A stretch of DNA of 64,000 nucleotides from Basidiobolus meristosporus CBS 931.73 (taxonomy: Eukaryota; Fungi; Basidiobolomycota): the NCBI GenBank assembly GCA_002104905.1, contig MCFE01000206.1, forward strand, positions 65,813-129,812, read 5' to 3'. Positions 1 through 14,785 of this stretch are shown here, piece by piece. Under the pieces are notes generated by a model that ran no database searches, was not told the origin of the DNA, and saw nothing but the letters and a program-made list of their open reading frames with translations. Positions within the stretch are counted from its first letter, which is position 1. Each line of letters opens with the position of its first letter. The translations under genes and the position numbers were made by a program.

Positions 1-2454
1 CGAAGCCTTATATACACATCTCCCAATATACCGACCCCCAAGGCAAACCACTTACCCACAAGAGTTTCAGCCACCGTAAGCAATAAAGTGATTGGGTATA
101 TCCGCCGGAACCACCAATTTAATCTCTATCCAGCTGACTTGTTGCAAATAAATTCAAGTGTCGATGTTCACTCCAATTGGTTTCTTGCGCAAGTCAGTAT
201 CATTATTTGGGCCTCCTAAAGGCTGATATCACCACGTCGCCACTTGGTTTCAAGACTCGATGAAGGATATCATGAAGTATCCCGACAAAGCATATGTCCT
301 TATCGTACATCTCACATCCCGCTGGCCAATAAACTCTGCCTCTCAACCCCCATACCTTTATCACGGAACCCGATTCTCGGCTGAGGCAGTAAAAGAAACG
401 GACGTCCTACAGGCCAGAGGTAACGAAACCTATGTTCAGATCCAATGCAGTTGGTCTCGATATCCCCGGATGAGTGCTAATTGAACAGGGTCAACACGTA
501 TTGGCATGGGCCGATCACGGGGTTTTACGATCAACTGGTCAGAGCAGTTGAGAATACAGCGATCGAGTTGTGATTTTAAAGGCTTATTATTGAAATCTTT
601 GACCCCAGCCGAATGCTAGATCAGTCAGTTCAAGTGTCTGGTGCACCACAAACCAATAGACCTTCAGTGGCGTTAGAGGATGGCCAGATCAGATGGTATG
701 CTTGTGAGATGGTGCTCAATCCTGATAGCATGAATTTGAAGTTGCATTACCAATAGAGCGGCTCCGTATTCTCCAAAATAATCCGAACCTCTCAGGAAGA
801 TTAGGCTCTGGTGGGGCAGTCCTCTGGAGGATCAAGGAAAGATAGAGTGCAGTGCTATGGGATATCGGAAGATTGTCGGGTTAGAGCCCATTGTGGGAAT
901 ACCTAAATTATAGTGAAAGATACAGTGCCACCAGTTTAGTAAATGATGGAATCTAATCTGCCGCTTGTGTAGGCAAACGAAAAATTTAAGTGGCATTTAA
1001 CTTCACACGACGAGAAAATTGCCTGGTACACGAAGTTCTTTATTTGGATTAACTTAATCTCGGGTGCGTGCAATGTACCGGAGAGGAAAAGGTGGAAGCT
1101 GTATCGGAATCTTGAACAGGTGGATACGGAGTGGAAAGTCCAAAAATAAGAGGTAGGGTGGCCCGTGTTTATCATGCGAGCCACAGGTTGTAGCTTACCC
1201 CGATAAAGGCCCATATTCGAGGCTCTTAATGTTCTACGATTCTGTCTGAAATGTTATAATAACAACCACAGATGACGAATGTCAAATTTTCTTCGTAGCA
1301 TGTGGTACATCAATTCGATTATGAATCGATGGTTTGACAACAGTACCGGCTCAAAGGATGCCTCTGCGATCACAGGAAAGACCATAGAGTAATATGGTGA
1401 AAGAAAATATGCTTTTGGGTTTATGTTGCTCAAAAGATATGGTTGAATTTAGATTGTGGGGCAGATTTGTGAATTAAAGTAACGGTGAGCAAGGGGAGCT
1501 GTACGTTTACACACATCCAAACAGATCATTTGTACCCTGGTAAACGAGAGGGGTGGATACTACATGTCACATGTGGCAACATCAACTTGATGTAAGATTG
1601 GAAACAGCCTTGGCTATATATCTCGTGGCTTTTGTCGAGGTTTACCGTGGCCCTAACCATCCCTAACTGCTAATGAGCTTCGATGTGGCAAGTTGCTTCT
1701 ATATTAGGGCCATGCTCTTGATTGCCATGGTGAAGTAGTGTATGAATTTGGGACTAGTTCCTTTATGGGCTAATTGTATACCATATTGGAATTACCTAAA
1801 ATACTTATCAAAAGACCCGATAATGATAATCAGGAGATGTATCTTACAACATGTCAGAAACCTTAATTCGGGGCCACTTGTTACTGCAATCTCTCTTGAT
1901 GTTCAGAGTTCTTTGTGTTCACCCTTTTTTCATTAGCTTCGAGAAACCATTGTCGTCACTCCATTGGTTTATGGTTTATGGTGGATTAGGTCTTGAAATA
2001 GAATGAGGAATCCAAGCCATCTCTGTTGTAGGTGTCTGCTACCTTATATTCTAGGAGCAGTGTTCAGCATAAACTTCATCTTAAGAATAACAGTCATCCT
2101 TTTTCACACACCTTGAAATAACCGCAGGGTTGACCGAATTCGCACATCACCTGGAATCATGGTGTCATTGTGGATATCCAGTTTGTTGGATGAATTTTCT
2201 TATTAGCAATCATCAACTATCAGCGTGGAATATTTCCTAACACCATAGCCAACTTGCGAATTTATAGGTTCATTCATTGGTGGGAGACTAGGGCGAATTT
2301 AGAAGGTCGAATGGATCACTGAGCTGGACAAATGATTAGATCTATCTTTTTGGGGAGTTTCGTCAGACTGGCTTCTAGATCCAATATAAATACGATTGCT
2401 CAACACCTCCGTTCAACAACGCAGCCTCGTGTCAAAACCTATATACATTCTCCA

Positions 2455-3998
2455 ATGACAGGTACAATTATCTAAGCTTACGCTTGCCTTCATTTCACTA
2501 ACGCCTCACGTAACTAGACAAGCATTCTACTAGCCCCGACTTTGAGCATCAGCACAATGTTGGTCAAAAGCACAACGAAGAAGTGACCCCGCAAGGTGTG
2601 AGATCTGCTTCCGATATAGCAGCATTTTGGCATTTACTGTGTATTCTGGCTGGAAGTGGCTCCGTATCCTTTATGCTTTGACGATAACAGTGAATCGATT
2701 TCTGATTTCTGGTGTGTTGCCTTTAACTCAATGCCTGTAGCTCTCACTACCATATGTCGTCGGAAATGCTGGGTGGATTGCTATCATCATTATCGTCCTG
2801 TGCACAGCGTTTGCTATCTACAACAACGTACTTCTCGTTCGATGCCTATACGCCATACCGTAATGTTGCATCGCTTTCTCCGCCTTCATGCCTCTTGTTT
2901 TAATCCGTTGAGTTTAGTGATCGCCGTCTCACTTCGTATACCGAGATTGGTCAGGCCTCTTTTGGCATCGTGGGAAAAGTGGCAGTATGGTTCTTCCACA
3001 ATTCTATTGTCATTGGAGGTCCTATCGTCTATATGATCCTGGCGGGTACTAACATCTATTCCCTGGTGGAACCACTCGGCGTTACTCTCACGAAGCAGAA
3101 CTGGATCATGATCTGCGCCGCTTTGGTTTTCATTCCTTTTGTTATCTTCCGTAACATTAGAGAAATAACCGTCCTATCCTTCTTCGGTACATTCACCACC
3201 ATCTTTGCTATCATTGTGGTGGTTGTTGTCAGTTTCATGAGCCTTGACAAAGCGAAGGCTGACCCGACTCGCCACCACGAGTTCGTTAACTGGGGACAAA
3301 TCCCGCTCTCACTTGGATCCATTGGTTTTTCGTTTGGTGGTAACGTTGTTTTCCCTCACGTCGAAGCCACCATGAAGAATCCCAAGGCTTGGAATCGAGT
3401 GATGTCGTTGGCTATTTCTGCCGTGGCAATTCTCTATCTCTTGATAGCAGTCTGCGGTTACTATGTCTTTGGTAGCGCCGCTGAAGCCCCCATCTTCGCA
3501 AACCTCAAGCCATACAACCCCGCCACCATTGTTGCTGTAATTCTGATTACTATGCATGTGCTTCTGGCATCCCCTCTCTTCTTGTTTGGGTTTGTCAACG
3601 AAATCGAGCACAATTTCCACATTAATCAAGAGCGCTTCTCGAATGTGGCATATTACTCCATCAGAACTGCGATTCGTGTTGCCACCATTTTCTTTGTTGG
3701 CCTTATTGCAGTGATTGTACCATATTTTGGTGACTTTATGTCATTGATTGGTGCCCTCTCCGAATGTATGACCGTCTTCGTAAGTAGCCGCTTGTTTCAT
3801 GTTTGTAGGCTATAGTCTGAACGTGTTCGCATATAGGTATTACCTGTGATCTGCTATCTCAAGCTCTACGGATGGAGAAGATGCAATATTCCCCAATTAA
3901 TCTGGTTCGCACTTACCATCGTAATCGGCACCATCGGTTGTGTCTGGGGATCCATTGATGCTGTCATCACCCTGAAGAAAGACTTCGAGTCTGACTAA
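2455..3998 (+). CDS. Amino acid/auxin permease (AAAP, Aa_trans) family transporter, multi-exon
   Basis: Spliced reading MTDKHST...AFWHLLCILAGSG|LSLPYVVGNAGW...|RRLTSYTEIGQASFG...SIGFSFGGNVVFPHVEATMKNPKAW...PYFGDFMSLIGA...|VLPVICYLKLYGW; GT-AG introns at ~2462, ~2664, ~2859 and ~3781; TAA at 3996-3998. Confidence 0.9.
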
Positions 3999-4949
3999 AG
4001 TCCCTCACCTCATTAGATTTAAAAAGGCATGAAAATGGTGATAATGGATAGTTGATCTTTGAAAAGCATACACATATCCCATCTCTAATCTAGCAATCCC
4101 GTTTTATATCCATATATTTAATTCATAACCATATCATTTAGATTCCCCATCTCAACTTGGATCAACAAACCAATAAACCGCGCTGTATGGCGATGTTCAT
4201 CGAGTACCTGCTAACATGATGCGTACCCATCATTGGATGAAATACACAACATCCAGCATGTTCATCGGCCCAATCAGTTCCGGCTACAATAGCGGGCGGC
4301 GGATCTCGACAAAGAAATATGAAAACAGCAGAATGATCCAATATTTCGGCACCAGGATTCCCAGGACCATTAATAACCAGCCCCACATATCCAGATGGCC
4401 ATGCTCCTATTTGGGTAGGGAAATCGGATGACGAAACACAAGCATCGATCATTTGTTACTTCGAGCCTCTAAGTGGAAACGAGATTATTCATGCCAAGGT
4501 GGCATGGGTGATGGGGCGGAATTTTGGAGCAATACCAGGTAGGAATCCCGATCAATAATCAAGAGCTGCGAAATGAATCAGTGGATGAATGCGATTACCA
4601 ATCCCCTTTCTGGGAATCATCAGTCCGTACACTCGCCAGTCCAACCTTGCCTACTTGAAAAACCAAGAGGCAGATATCAAAAGAGCTTCCGGCTTCATAT
4701 ATGGATATCACCATCCTCCTTTTATGGAATGTGCTACTCTAGTGCGTGTTAGTATATTTATTTTTTAGACAGAATCTAATTCTACACTTTAATCAGCAAG
4801 GTGCCAAATCTTCTTGTATATCGTTAGATACAAGAGGAAGTTAGCAAAAATTGGGCGTAGTTGCTTAAAGTCCCGAAGCAAGCTATCGACTAGCACAGTA
4901 ATGGTACTAATGTTCCATAAAATAGATATTTAGTGGAGGAGCTTTTGGT

Positions 4950-6248
4950 CTATGAGGTATTGGATATCCTGTTGTTTCTATATTTGTTCCTTAAAGCCAA
5001 ATATAGAGCTAGTTCCTTAACGGTAGGGCGTTTGACTGATCCGCTGACAGCTTTGACCAAAAGAGAGCATAAGGCTGCTACATCCACTATCACCCTCGTC
5101 ATGATCTGCGGCAAATCATGGGCGGCTTTCTCAACGGAAAGACTCTTTTTCAAAAAGGCAAAAAGGTCTTCTTCCTGAGATTCGCTAAACTCTAAATTAT
5201 GCATATCCTCAGAGTGACTGAGGCCTTTTTGACTGTCCAAAGGCTCGTCCCCATTGAGAGTCTGGATATCTTCTTCTGCTTCGGTAAACTCTTGCGCTTC
5301 AACCAGCTTATCCATCTTCTTGAATTCCTTGTTCACACTTTCCCTTCGGAGGACCGTGCTCTCAACAGAGCTTCGGCGACTGCGACTAATGGTCACTACC
5401 GAAGACCTCGATCCACGTCGAAAATGCAAACTTAGACCGGAAGACTCGCCTCGCTCTAGCACAGTTTCGGCTTGATCAATAAGATTTTGAAGAACGCCGC
5501 TCAGGCGGTCGTAGCGTTCATCGACATCTTCCGATTCCGACAAGAAATCCTCAAGAAATGCCTCGTTAAACTCCTATTGAGGATCCGAACACGAAGTCTT
5601 ATTAGTCACGGGTTGGATATAGCCGACTGAAGCACTGATTCAACTTACGTCGAACACGATCCCTTCATCATACGCATCTTCATGCTCGTATCCACCTTCA
5701 TCGTCGAAGCTATTTGTGAACGATTGGGTTCGCTACATTAGAATGCACCGCATGAATAAATCAGTCCCATCCACCACTTACAACGAGAACGTTATCTCTG
5801 GCGCTTCTGCTCGATTCCTACAAATGCCCCTATCAGTGAACTTGCATGGGATGGCATACAATGAAAAAATGGTATTAACTGGGCTAGCTTTTCCTGCATG
5901 CCATCGATCACTTCTTGCTGCTTCTCAAGCTGCTGTTGAAGAGTCTGTATAAGGTCAGTCATCGCAGTCATCTGGTGGGCGATTCACAAGCATATCAAAT
6001 GAGTGTATAGTGAGTATCAATTGTCCTTGCCCAGTGCACAGCGAGGCGGTTGTAAAATGTACCTCCTGACAAATATCACCCGAGCCCGACGTGTTGATGA
6101 TAGGGCTTGTCGTAGAAGAAATAGTATTGCTTCGGATGATTCGTGGTCTGCCAACACCTACACTAACATAGAACGGCGCGTTCAACTTCTCCAAGTCATG
6201 TGGATCAAGTCCGACATGAGGTGCCTCTGAGGATAATTGATCAGACAT
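4950..6248 (-). CDS. Hypothetical multi-exon protein with coiled-coil and acidic/Ser-rich segments
   Basis: ORFs 5955-6248 and 4950-5543 on the same strand; intervening minus-strand frame LIQTLQQQLEKQQEVIDGMQEKLAQ; GTAAGT donor-like sites; no family recognised and exon boundaries uncertain. Confidence 0.5.
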
Positions 6249-7884
6249 CTGTGATGAACGATGGCGTTGTTAAGCGGTAGGTATAAGGAGACAAAGCGAA
6301 TGCTAGAGAAAGGGAGGCAACAGATTGAACTTCACGTTAGCGTGTAGGAGAGAGAGATAGTTATAGGTAAACGGAAACCTTAAAATATTTAATTGAATCA
6401 AAGTCTCTGACTTTCGAAGCACAAAGCTAGGGATCAATCAAGGACTTGATGGGAGGAAGAAATAGTGGATCGGGTTCAAACTGATTCGCCTTAAATATAG
6501 AGGCCCTCGACCTGGAAAGGATACGCAGCGAAATGCTATGCATACCAATGCGCCAACACGTAAGAGAATTGTTGAAGGTCGGGAAATGAGTAGCGAGGAT
6601 ATATGTTGGTTCCCGTTTCAAATGGTTAACTGTGTATAGGAATCTTGCAAACGGAAATGAGCCCATATATTTAGGTACAATATATACAGCAATGTAGAGG
6701 AGTAATGTACATTTATGCATCAACACACAAAACGATTGTTGTGAAAGTAGGCTGAAAATTAATGGTAGTGCCCGTACCAAATTATGATCGGAGAGATTGT
6801 TTCAATGTGATCAGGTGGGAAACAATCATCCCATTCTTCAACACATCTCGTAATATAGTATGTCCGCAAGATACGCTTTTTACTTTTTTGTATGGCGAAT
6901 CCAAAGAATCGCTGTACTAACGAGTGGAGATCTGCCATTGTCTAGGATGGCCCAACCTCTAATTCTCGATATCTAATCATATACTTTGCCCCATGAATTT
7001 GGATATATTTAGTTGGCCACAGGGCAGGGATTGGCGGTTAGATTCACTACTCTACATGTATATTAGCCAAGCAAGATATGTCCTGGGCTCACGTGTATAA
7101 TTCACTGTCGAGCATTGCAGTGAATGGAAGCTACGAAAGATTCATCATGGTTCCCAGGCGACTTCATGATTACGACCCAGGTCGATGATGAGATGCGATT
7201 CTAACAATTTCCACCTAGACCTCAGTTGTTCAGGCTCAGTTGGTTGGAAAGGAGTGAGTATCCGAGTGTTTCTAAACCCTCGAAATGAAACGTATGGGGA
7301 CTGTTGACAATAATCCTTGTTCGTACATAGGAATATTCCTGATTTGATAGGAATAAACTTTTCATCAAAATCAATCCCCCGGAACGGGCACTTTTTATTT
7401 GTGGTAGTTGAATTGATATATAGAAATATCCAATGAGCAATGCTGTATCTATACATCGTTTTTATTATTATTTTGCCACCTATACTTGTGCAATTAGGGA
7501 TCTCTTGTTGGAGTCCTCAGGCAGTGGGCATACACAAAACAAGAAAATAGAGTGTAACCAACCCTTTGCTCCACAACATTCAGAGAACACTGATCATAGT
7601 AGGAGGACAGTCAATGAGGAACCTTCCGATAACTGCCTCGATTGCTAGGGTGGATTATGTATACTACTACAGCGCTGTAGTCATGCCTATAGTTTATTCA
7701 AGTAATTCAGCAATTCAAGTTCCTGGAAGGTAGATATTACATAGTTGTGTAGCAACAAAAGAACATGGCCATTTCTATGGGGTTGTAAAGTAGGCAATCT
7801 TCGGCACCCGAAACCTCCTGAATATTTACAAGATTCCCACAGCAGGTGTACCCACTGATATACATTCTCTATCGGAATCCCGAA

Positions 7885-8725
7885 TTACATTGCTGGTGGG
7901 AAATAGGCAAGATATAGTTTTGACATACGGACTGATATTCGTTCATAGCGCTCTTGGTCGTTTCTTGCTTGGATTAGGACAACTGCCGCAACTAGGGCAA
8001 ATACATCTACGGCTACAAAGCCAAACAACGCGGTATATATGTTTCGGAGATAGTTATCCATGTAAATGTGAATCATGTCTACACATCCGGGCCAGTTGTC
8101 TCCTAACCCTGTCTCGGTAGCTCTACAGGAGTACGAGACGGCAGGGTAGTCGGTACTATCAAAGTAGCCACAGCAATTATCCTTTGTTGATAGGGAATAA
8201 ATTAAATCAATGATGAACAGTAGCCAGAAACCAGAGTAATCATTACCGTTTCTTGAAATAGTGCTCGAAGGGCTGGATCCCAGGTTCGCCATTTTTCTGA
8301 GAAACTGGCACGGATGTCGAGGGATCGAAACCATATTAATGCGCCTAAAGACAGCTCTATCACCAATACTGCAACTACCAGCCAGCTGTACGTGACTAGC
8401 CACACTTTGCGCCGTACAGGATAGATCGAGCCGTAGAGTCCGACGATAGCGGATATGATTGTAATGACACCAACTACTAGTCCAGCTTTCTCGCGTAATT
8501 CATCATCAGAATTTACATTTACTGTGGAGAACGAAAGACAGAGCACTCACCTATCAAGATATCTTGGGTAACAACTACTCTCCTTCTGGCATATGGCGTG
8601 GTCCAGAAGTATGCACCCACACTGACCGCCACCAGCCCAGAGGCCAGAAAAATTAGTGTCAAGATGAAGAACGATAGCCTGACATTGGAATTGATTCTCA
8701 TGCGTCGACCAGACATCTCATTCAA
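7885..8725 (-). CDS. Fungal tetraspanin (Pls1/Tsp-like), three exons
   Basis: Four hydrophobic segments; large extracellular loop with CCG motif (DNCCGYFDSTDYP) and two further Cys (SCR, WPGC); short charged C-terminal tail. Confidence 0.8.
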
Positions 8726-9436
8726 TGGTATGGTTGAGGGCTTGATTCTGTACTGGCTACTCCTCTATATTTGATGAAAGGTTTACGAATTGGGATTAAG
8801 GTCGATTTTAGTGTGTTAGAGAAAGAAGAGTTAGGCTGGATTGTACTGGTGATGTTATAATATAGAAGGCTTGAGGTCTTCTACATAAATTGTTAGTTTT
8901 AAGGTAATTTCAAGACCAATTGCATTGGGGCAAACAAACCTAGACTCCTTGCAGATATATATACCTTTCTCTTGACCTCAAGTGGTCTGGTGAGTATAGA
9001 TGCATGGATCGTGTGTACGTCCACATGCAATGACAATCATCACCATTGTGCCGTAGTCCCATATCTGTGATCCATTGGTTTTCCTAGTAAAATAGATAAT
9101 TGCTTGCGAGACAATCCCCACACAACCCCTCGAAGGACCTGGCCAAAGGTGCTGCGTGAAATTTCCATTGACCAAATCAAGATACGACGGTGGCATTTGT
9201 TTGAGATGCTTCAAACGCATGCGATGTTCCTGGAAAAACCTTAATTCCACCCAACAACGATTCTTGAAACGAATTTGTTGATGAATACTGGGTGAATAAC
9301 GCGGCACAATGCTCGTTCCATTTATTGATTACAAACTATCACTGGAAAATACCGATGTTCTGATGGAGAGGATCCTTTCTATTTCCATACTCATATAACA
9401 AGATTCAAAAAGAATTGCCGCGGCTTACAAGTACAT

Positions 9437-12400
9437 TCAATGCAACTTCGGTTTCGTGGGATTCGCCTCACGAATTAAACGTAGGAACACCTCTTCGAGG
9501 GTTGTTTGAGAAATCCCCCATGCTTGGACTATACGGCCGTCAGTATTTTTAGCATCGTCCTCTAAAAACCTTACGAATTTAGGTACATGCTGCATACAAT
9601 CTGTCGGGAATTGATAAATTAACGAGCCGGCTGAATCATCTTCAAGGTTGGCTCCAGGAACCAAGCTTGCCACAACATCTCGGACCTCAGCATTATGCTC
9701 TGGATTGACCACCATAGAGATTCGATAACCAGCCCCAAACTTGTTCTTGAGTTGTATCGAGTTACCCAATGCCCTAGAGATAGTTTGTCAGTACAGTGTA
9801 ACCATATAAGCCGCCGAGTAGACTAAGAGCCCACCTCAGTCGCCCAAGAGCCATAATGGCGATGCGGTCTCCTAGCACGTCGGCTTCTTCCATAGAGTGG
9901 GTAGTCTAACGTAATAATGAATGCGGTTAGCCTCGTCTTTTGGCATTGGTTTTTGAAGTCTACTTACAAGAATAATCACTCGATCCTTCTTGAACTGTTC
10001 AATAAATGACCAAACATGACGTCTGTTGACCGGATCCATCCCTACGAGTTAGGTTAGTATTGCCGCAATTGGTACTATTGGGCATAAAGCCATACCTGTT
10101 GTTGGCTCATCCATGAATACTATCTTCGGATCCCCAAGAGTGGAAATAACAACGCTTAATCTACGCTTCATTCTGAAATACAATGAATTAGTAAAATTAC
10201 ACCTTGACGACATCGAATTACTTACCCTCCACTATAGGCTGAGGAGCGTTTGTTTGCTACTCTCAGCAGCCTAACTGCCTGCAATCTTGTTCTGATAAGT
10301 TCGGGAATTTCACTGCGAGGGATGCCTTTGAGGTTGGCATACAGCTCAACATGTTCCGCTGCCGTTAAGTCATCAAACAAAATGTCATGCTGTAGAATGC
10401 AAGATGATCATTAGGATTGTGAGTTTTCTTGTGACTTGGTGAGATCTCCTTACTTGTGGGCAAACACCCAACATCCCACGAATGGCATCGATATCTGAAG
10501 AACGAGTGTAGCCGAAGAACCAAGCATCCCCGCTGGAAGCTGGTGTCAAACCAGAAAGGATGTTCATCGTGGTACTGTATCACAATTAAATCGTTAGGCA
10601 TACAACATGGACCCGAAGATGTCTGTATGGCTACCTTTTCCCTGCGCCATTTTGGCCCAACAAAGCCAACCTGTAATGCTTGAATGAGTAACAATACCTA
10701 TATTGATAGATCAGCATATCCTTACAGTTTTCCTTCCTCGAGAGTAAGACAGAGATCCCTGACGGCGACTTTATCCAATTTGGATTTTCTGAACACTCCG
10801 TTCTTGTAAACCTTTCGAAGATGGGCAATCCTAACAGCGGCAGGGTACTCTAAGAAGAAACGTTACAGAATATCCCAAAATGCCCAACTGAAGTGGCCAA
10901 TATTACCTGGATTGAACGTCACAATTCGTTCCCGGGCGACATCGGTGTCCTCATCTTCAGGGATCTTGAAAAAACTATGAGAACGGAAGATTGCTCAAGT
11001 AGGAGAGCCAGATGTACGTACCAGCTTGAGTCGCGAAGATTGATGTTCCATTAAGTGTAACCAGTTTTGAAGATCACGATCTGCCGAACGTTTAGGCAAC
11101 CAATAAGAAGGCTTGAGAAAGAACCAAGGCGGATAACAGAACCCGAATTCATCGGGGATAATTTTGTCAAGGTACCTGGTAAAGGATGTTAACACTCGGA
11201 GCAGATAGGCTTGCACACACGCAAAACTGTACCATGTAAGAACAGTATATAACCCAATATTCATTAGCAGCAGATACCAAGATATCACTGGCACTGGTAC
11301 ATCTTTGTAATTCCCATGAAGTCCGGACACCGGTTGATCATATGCTCGGATAAATAGATCCTTCCACTTGAAACCTATTGAATCGGAGAATTTAGGAAAA
11401 GAAGAGATGCAATTGGCGGCCGTAAATTACCTGGGCCAGGAACCATAGTATTTGTTAACACATCAAGCTTGCCAGCAGTAAGCAATGATATATCAAGAAA
11501 GATTTTTCCAAAGTTGAAGAATGGGAAGAACATCAAAACTGTCGTAAAAATGTCAGACTGATAATCTGCGAAACAATCTCGATCCGACACAATGAGCTTA
11601 CCTAGTCTTCCTGCAGGGCTGGTTTTCGGATCCCACCAAACATAGCCCACATATGGGCTTGAAAATACAAATGACTCGAAGAGCAACCCAATGACAAAGA
11701 AAAAGATACCTATCAAGAGTGGCATAGTCAAGGGTATATGCAACTATATACAGCTAGGTATTGGGAATGAATGCGTATCTTAAAAAAGGATATTTGCTAC
11801 CCTGGTACGGCGAACCAATGTTGTGATGAAAAATGCGGCCACAACCATGGCAAGTCCAAACAGGATAAAAGTAATAAATAGCACCTATACGAAACTGCTT
11901 AAAACAGGCTGTAACTTGTCTCGCCTCGAAAACACTTACGCCAAAATTCGTGTATTTAAAAGCGCCGAAACCGAAGGCAATTCCAAATCCACAGGTAATC
12001 AATGCGCAAACGATCACCAAAACGAAGTTGGAGATGAGCCAGCTGAGCCAGTAAGCTTCACTCTATGGGCGAATGTCGTTAATGTCTCCTTGAGCCAGGT
12101 GTGGAATGATATGATGGTTAGCTTACCTTCATGCCCATCATAATCATATTGTGCTTGAGTTTCTTTTCTTTCTCGGCAACGATGGCATTCAATACTGAAA
12201 TGAAAATAATCATTTCGGAGCAAAAGAAGAACACAGCTCCTAGTTGGGTAACAACTTCATCGCCAGAGCCTGGTGTAGGAACCTTGGGCCAATCTTTCAA
12301 GTTGACGTTCAGCAAGGGCGTAGTAGAAATACTAGGATCATTAACAGATGCGACTAGAAATGATAGAAATGCATTAGGATGCTTGAGTTCCTGCTACTAT

Positions 12401-13290
12401 TGATATTGATTTCGTACTAATGGCTTCGTCGAGTCCGCGTACCAAGCTGAGAACTTGGTCACCAAAGACATCGGTTCCGTTCGACATGAGAGTAGAGTTA
12501 AACCAGATTTGGTAGCGATAATTAACAGGAGGGCCGGGTTCAGTTGAGAATTCAATGCCTAGAGTTGTTTTAGTTAGCATTGGGATATAAGTTTTAAACC
12601 CCGAGGGCTACCAACCGAATAATGTCGTGTTCGGATGGCGTAAAGTATAGTTATAAATAAACTCGTAGTCAGGGACGGGGACAAAACCAAGTGTGGTTTG
12701 TGGCAGATAGTCGAGATCTACAGGTATTGCACAATTGTTAGATTGAGAAGCAAGTTAAGTACTACCCAGATTCGTACCCATCGGAACGTTTTCTAGTTTC
12801 CAATCATTCCCAGTTCTTTGCTTGTTTTTTGTGGAGAAGGTTTCTAGGAAAAGGCGATTTTGTTCGTTATCGGGAGTATATAATACGTTGATGCATGGGA
12901 CATTTTGGGTCCGACCCTGCGTAAAGGTTAGCAGCGATTCGGTCGGAAGTGGAAAATAAAACTACCTGGCAACTTGCGACGCCTGTGAGGTCGAAAGGTT
13001 TGGGGTGGTAGTTGCTTTGACTTAATCGTGAGTTGTAAATTTTTTGTAGCGCATACAGTAGAAGTAAAACAAGAATTGGGAAAAAAACAGTTTGGGCAAA
13101 TGTAGACCTCCATTGTCGGATCTAAAATAAGCAAGGTAAGGCAGGTGTCACGAAAAACCGAAAACTCGATATTGATACCTACCTGTAGGATGAAGTTCCT
13201 TTTGAGCAAGATTCTCATTTGTGAGAAGAAGCCGGACCTGTAAGTCCTTTGCTTCCCACTAAATTCGTGGGCCTCCTTGGTTAGAGACAT
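9437..13290 (-). CDS. ABC transporter, ABCA subfamily, half-size (one TMD + one NBD), many introns
   Basis: N-terminal FFSQMRILLKRNFILQ; VAEKEKKLKHNMIMMGMK; Walker A LGQNGAGK; GVCPQ; spliced signature YSGGMKRRLSV; Walker B VFMDEPTTGMDP; LKNKFGAGYR; WGISQTTLEEVFL. Confidence 0.9.
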
Positions 13291-14266
13291 TGCGCTCCAG
13301 TTTAAAAAGTTGTATCCGTTGATAAACTGGTGGTCACTGGCGTTTATTAAAGATGAAAATGACTTTAGATGATGTTACAAGCTCGAAAGAAGTATTTGCG
13401 GAATAAACGAGTTTTCAGTAGCTTTTAACCGATATGTCCAATGAAGATGAATCAATTATTACATTGTCGATCTATCCCCTCTAGTTAAGGAAATATCAGT
13501 TAATATATCGCTGTCACTGTCATTGCAACCGTAAAAGTCCACAGTGATCGATGATCGATGATCAGAACACCAAAGTCCAAGTCTAAGATACTTGACGCCC
13601 AAATCTGGCTCCGGCGAGACTGCTGCAAATTCACCAGATGACGTGTACTTTGGAATATGGCCGATATGCCTAGAGAATACACTCAAGCCCAGGTCAATAG
13701 AATCAGCTAATCCATCGCATTGCATTCATACATTTTTCCATGGGTGCCTGCTAGCTTGATTGACGAAAATCGTGATTGGTGAGCTGGGTCGTTGAATCCA
13801 TCGAAAACTCGGTGAAAGATTACGCAGCATGCAGAGATGACACAGATTATCAGAAATGTTGATCATGGATACCAGCTGAGCTAATATTTAGGTAAGATAC
13901 GCATACATCAGTGATTAAGTCATCCCAATGAATCATGGCAATTCATGGTCTAAACGTGCATATAGCTCCTCATTACTGCATCAGCCCTAGCCTGCATTGG
14001 ATCAGAGGGGAATGATTCCTTTGTTGAGGGATGATTCTCAGCGTCTCCCTGGCTTCGAGAAACTCCAAATAAGCATCCTTTTCGATGGCTACAGACGGTG
14101 CGCCAATGTTTATTTGTGGCAGTAATACAAGCTATGGTAGAGTTCAAAAATGATATATGGTGCACAAATATTGCAGATAAAAAATAATATTACCAAAGAC
14201 CGAGTGACATTCCTTATTGCATTATTTAACGCTTCTTTACACGCTTCTGATTTTCTGAGAGAATAA

Positions 14267-14785
14267 TCAAAGGGAGTTGCTTTCTTTCTGGTCCCAGCAG
14301 TTCACTTTGGCAATCCTGGCTCGCTCTATAATGAACTTTCCTTCTTTATACTTTTGAGATTCTTCAAACGCATGAACCTATAGGACAGTATAAGAGTATG
14401 CCGTTGTTGAATGAGGAATAGACTTACGTATTTCCAACCAACGTTGGCTTCACAGACGGTACAAAATATATCCGCGACTGAATGAAGGCCTGTCATTAGG
14501 AGTCGATCCTCTAAATCACCCATGGTGATGTTGGTTCTACAAGTACGAATGTTAGTAGGGGCTAAATACTGGTATGTAGATAATACCTACGCATTATTGA
14601 AGAGATAGGCTTTTCCGTGTCTTCCATGAAAAGACTGGAATAATGGTTTAATCATAGTTTGGAATTTAGATTTTAGCTTAAATTACCTTGGACAATATAT
14701 CTTCATGAGTGGCTATATGAGTATGACAAGAAGAACACATGTAGACTGTCTCGCCATCAAGGAATACTTGGTAGATTTGTCCCAT
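14267..14785 (-). CDS. Yippee-like (YPEL/Moh1 family) zinc-binding protein, four exons
   Basis: Spliced [33 protein letters not shown]|[14 protein letters not shown]|...[27 protein letters not shown]|[22 protein letters not shown]. Confidence 0.92.

Noticed and set aside
1-2300. Short ORFs at the window start
   Set aside because: No recognisable product; could be a relic or the flank of a gene outside the window
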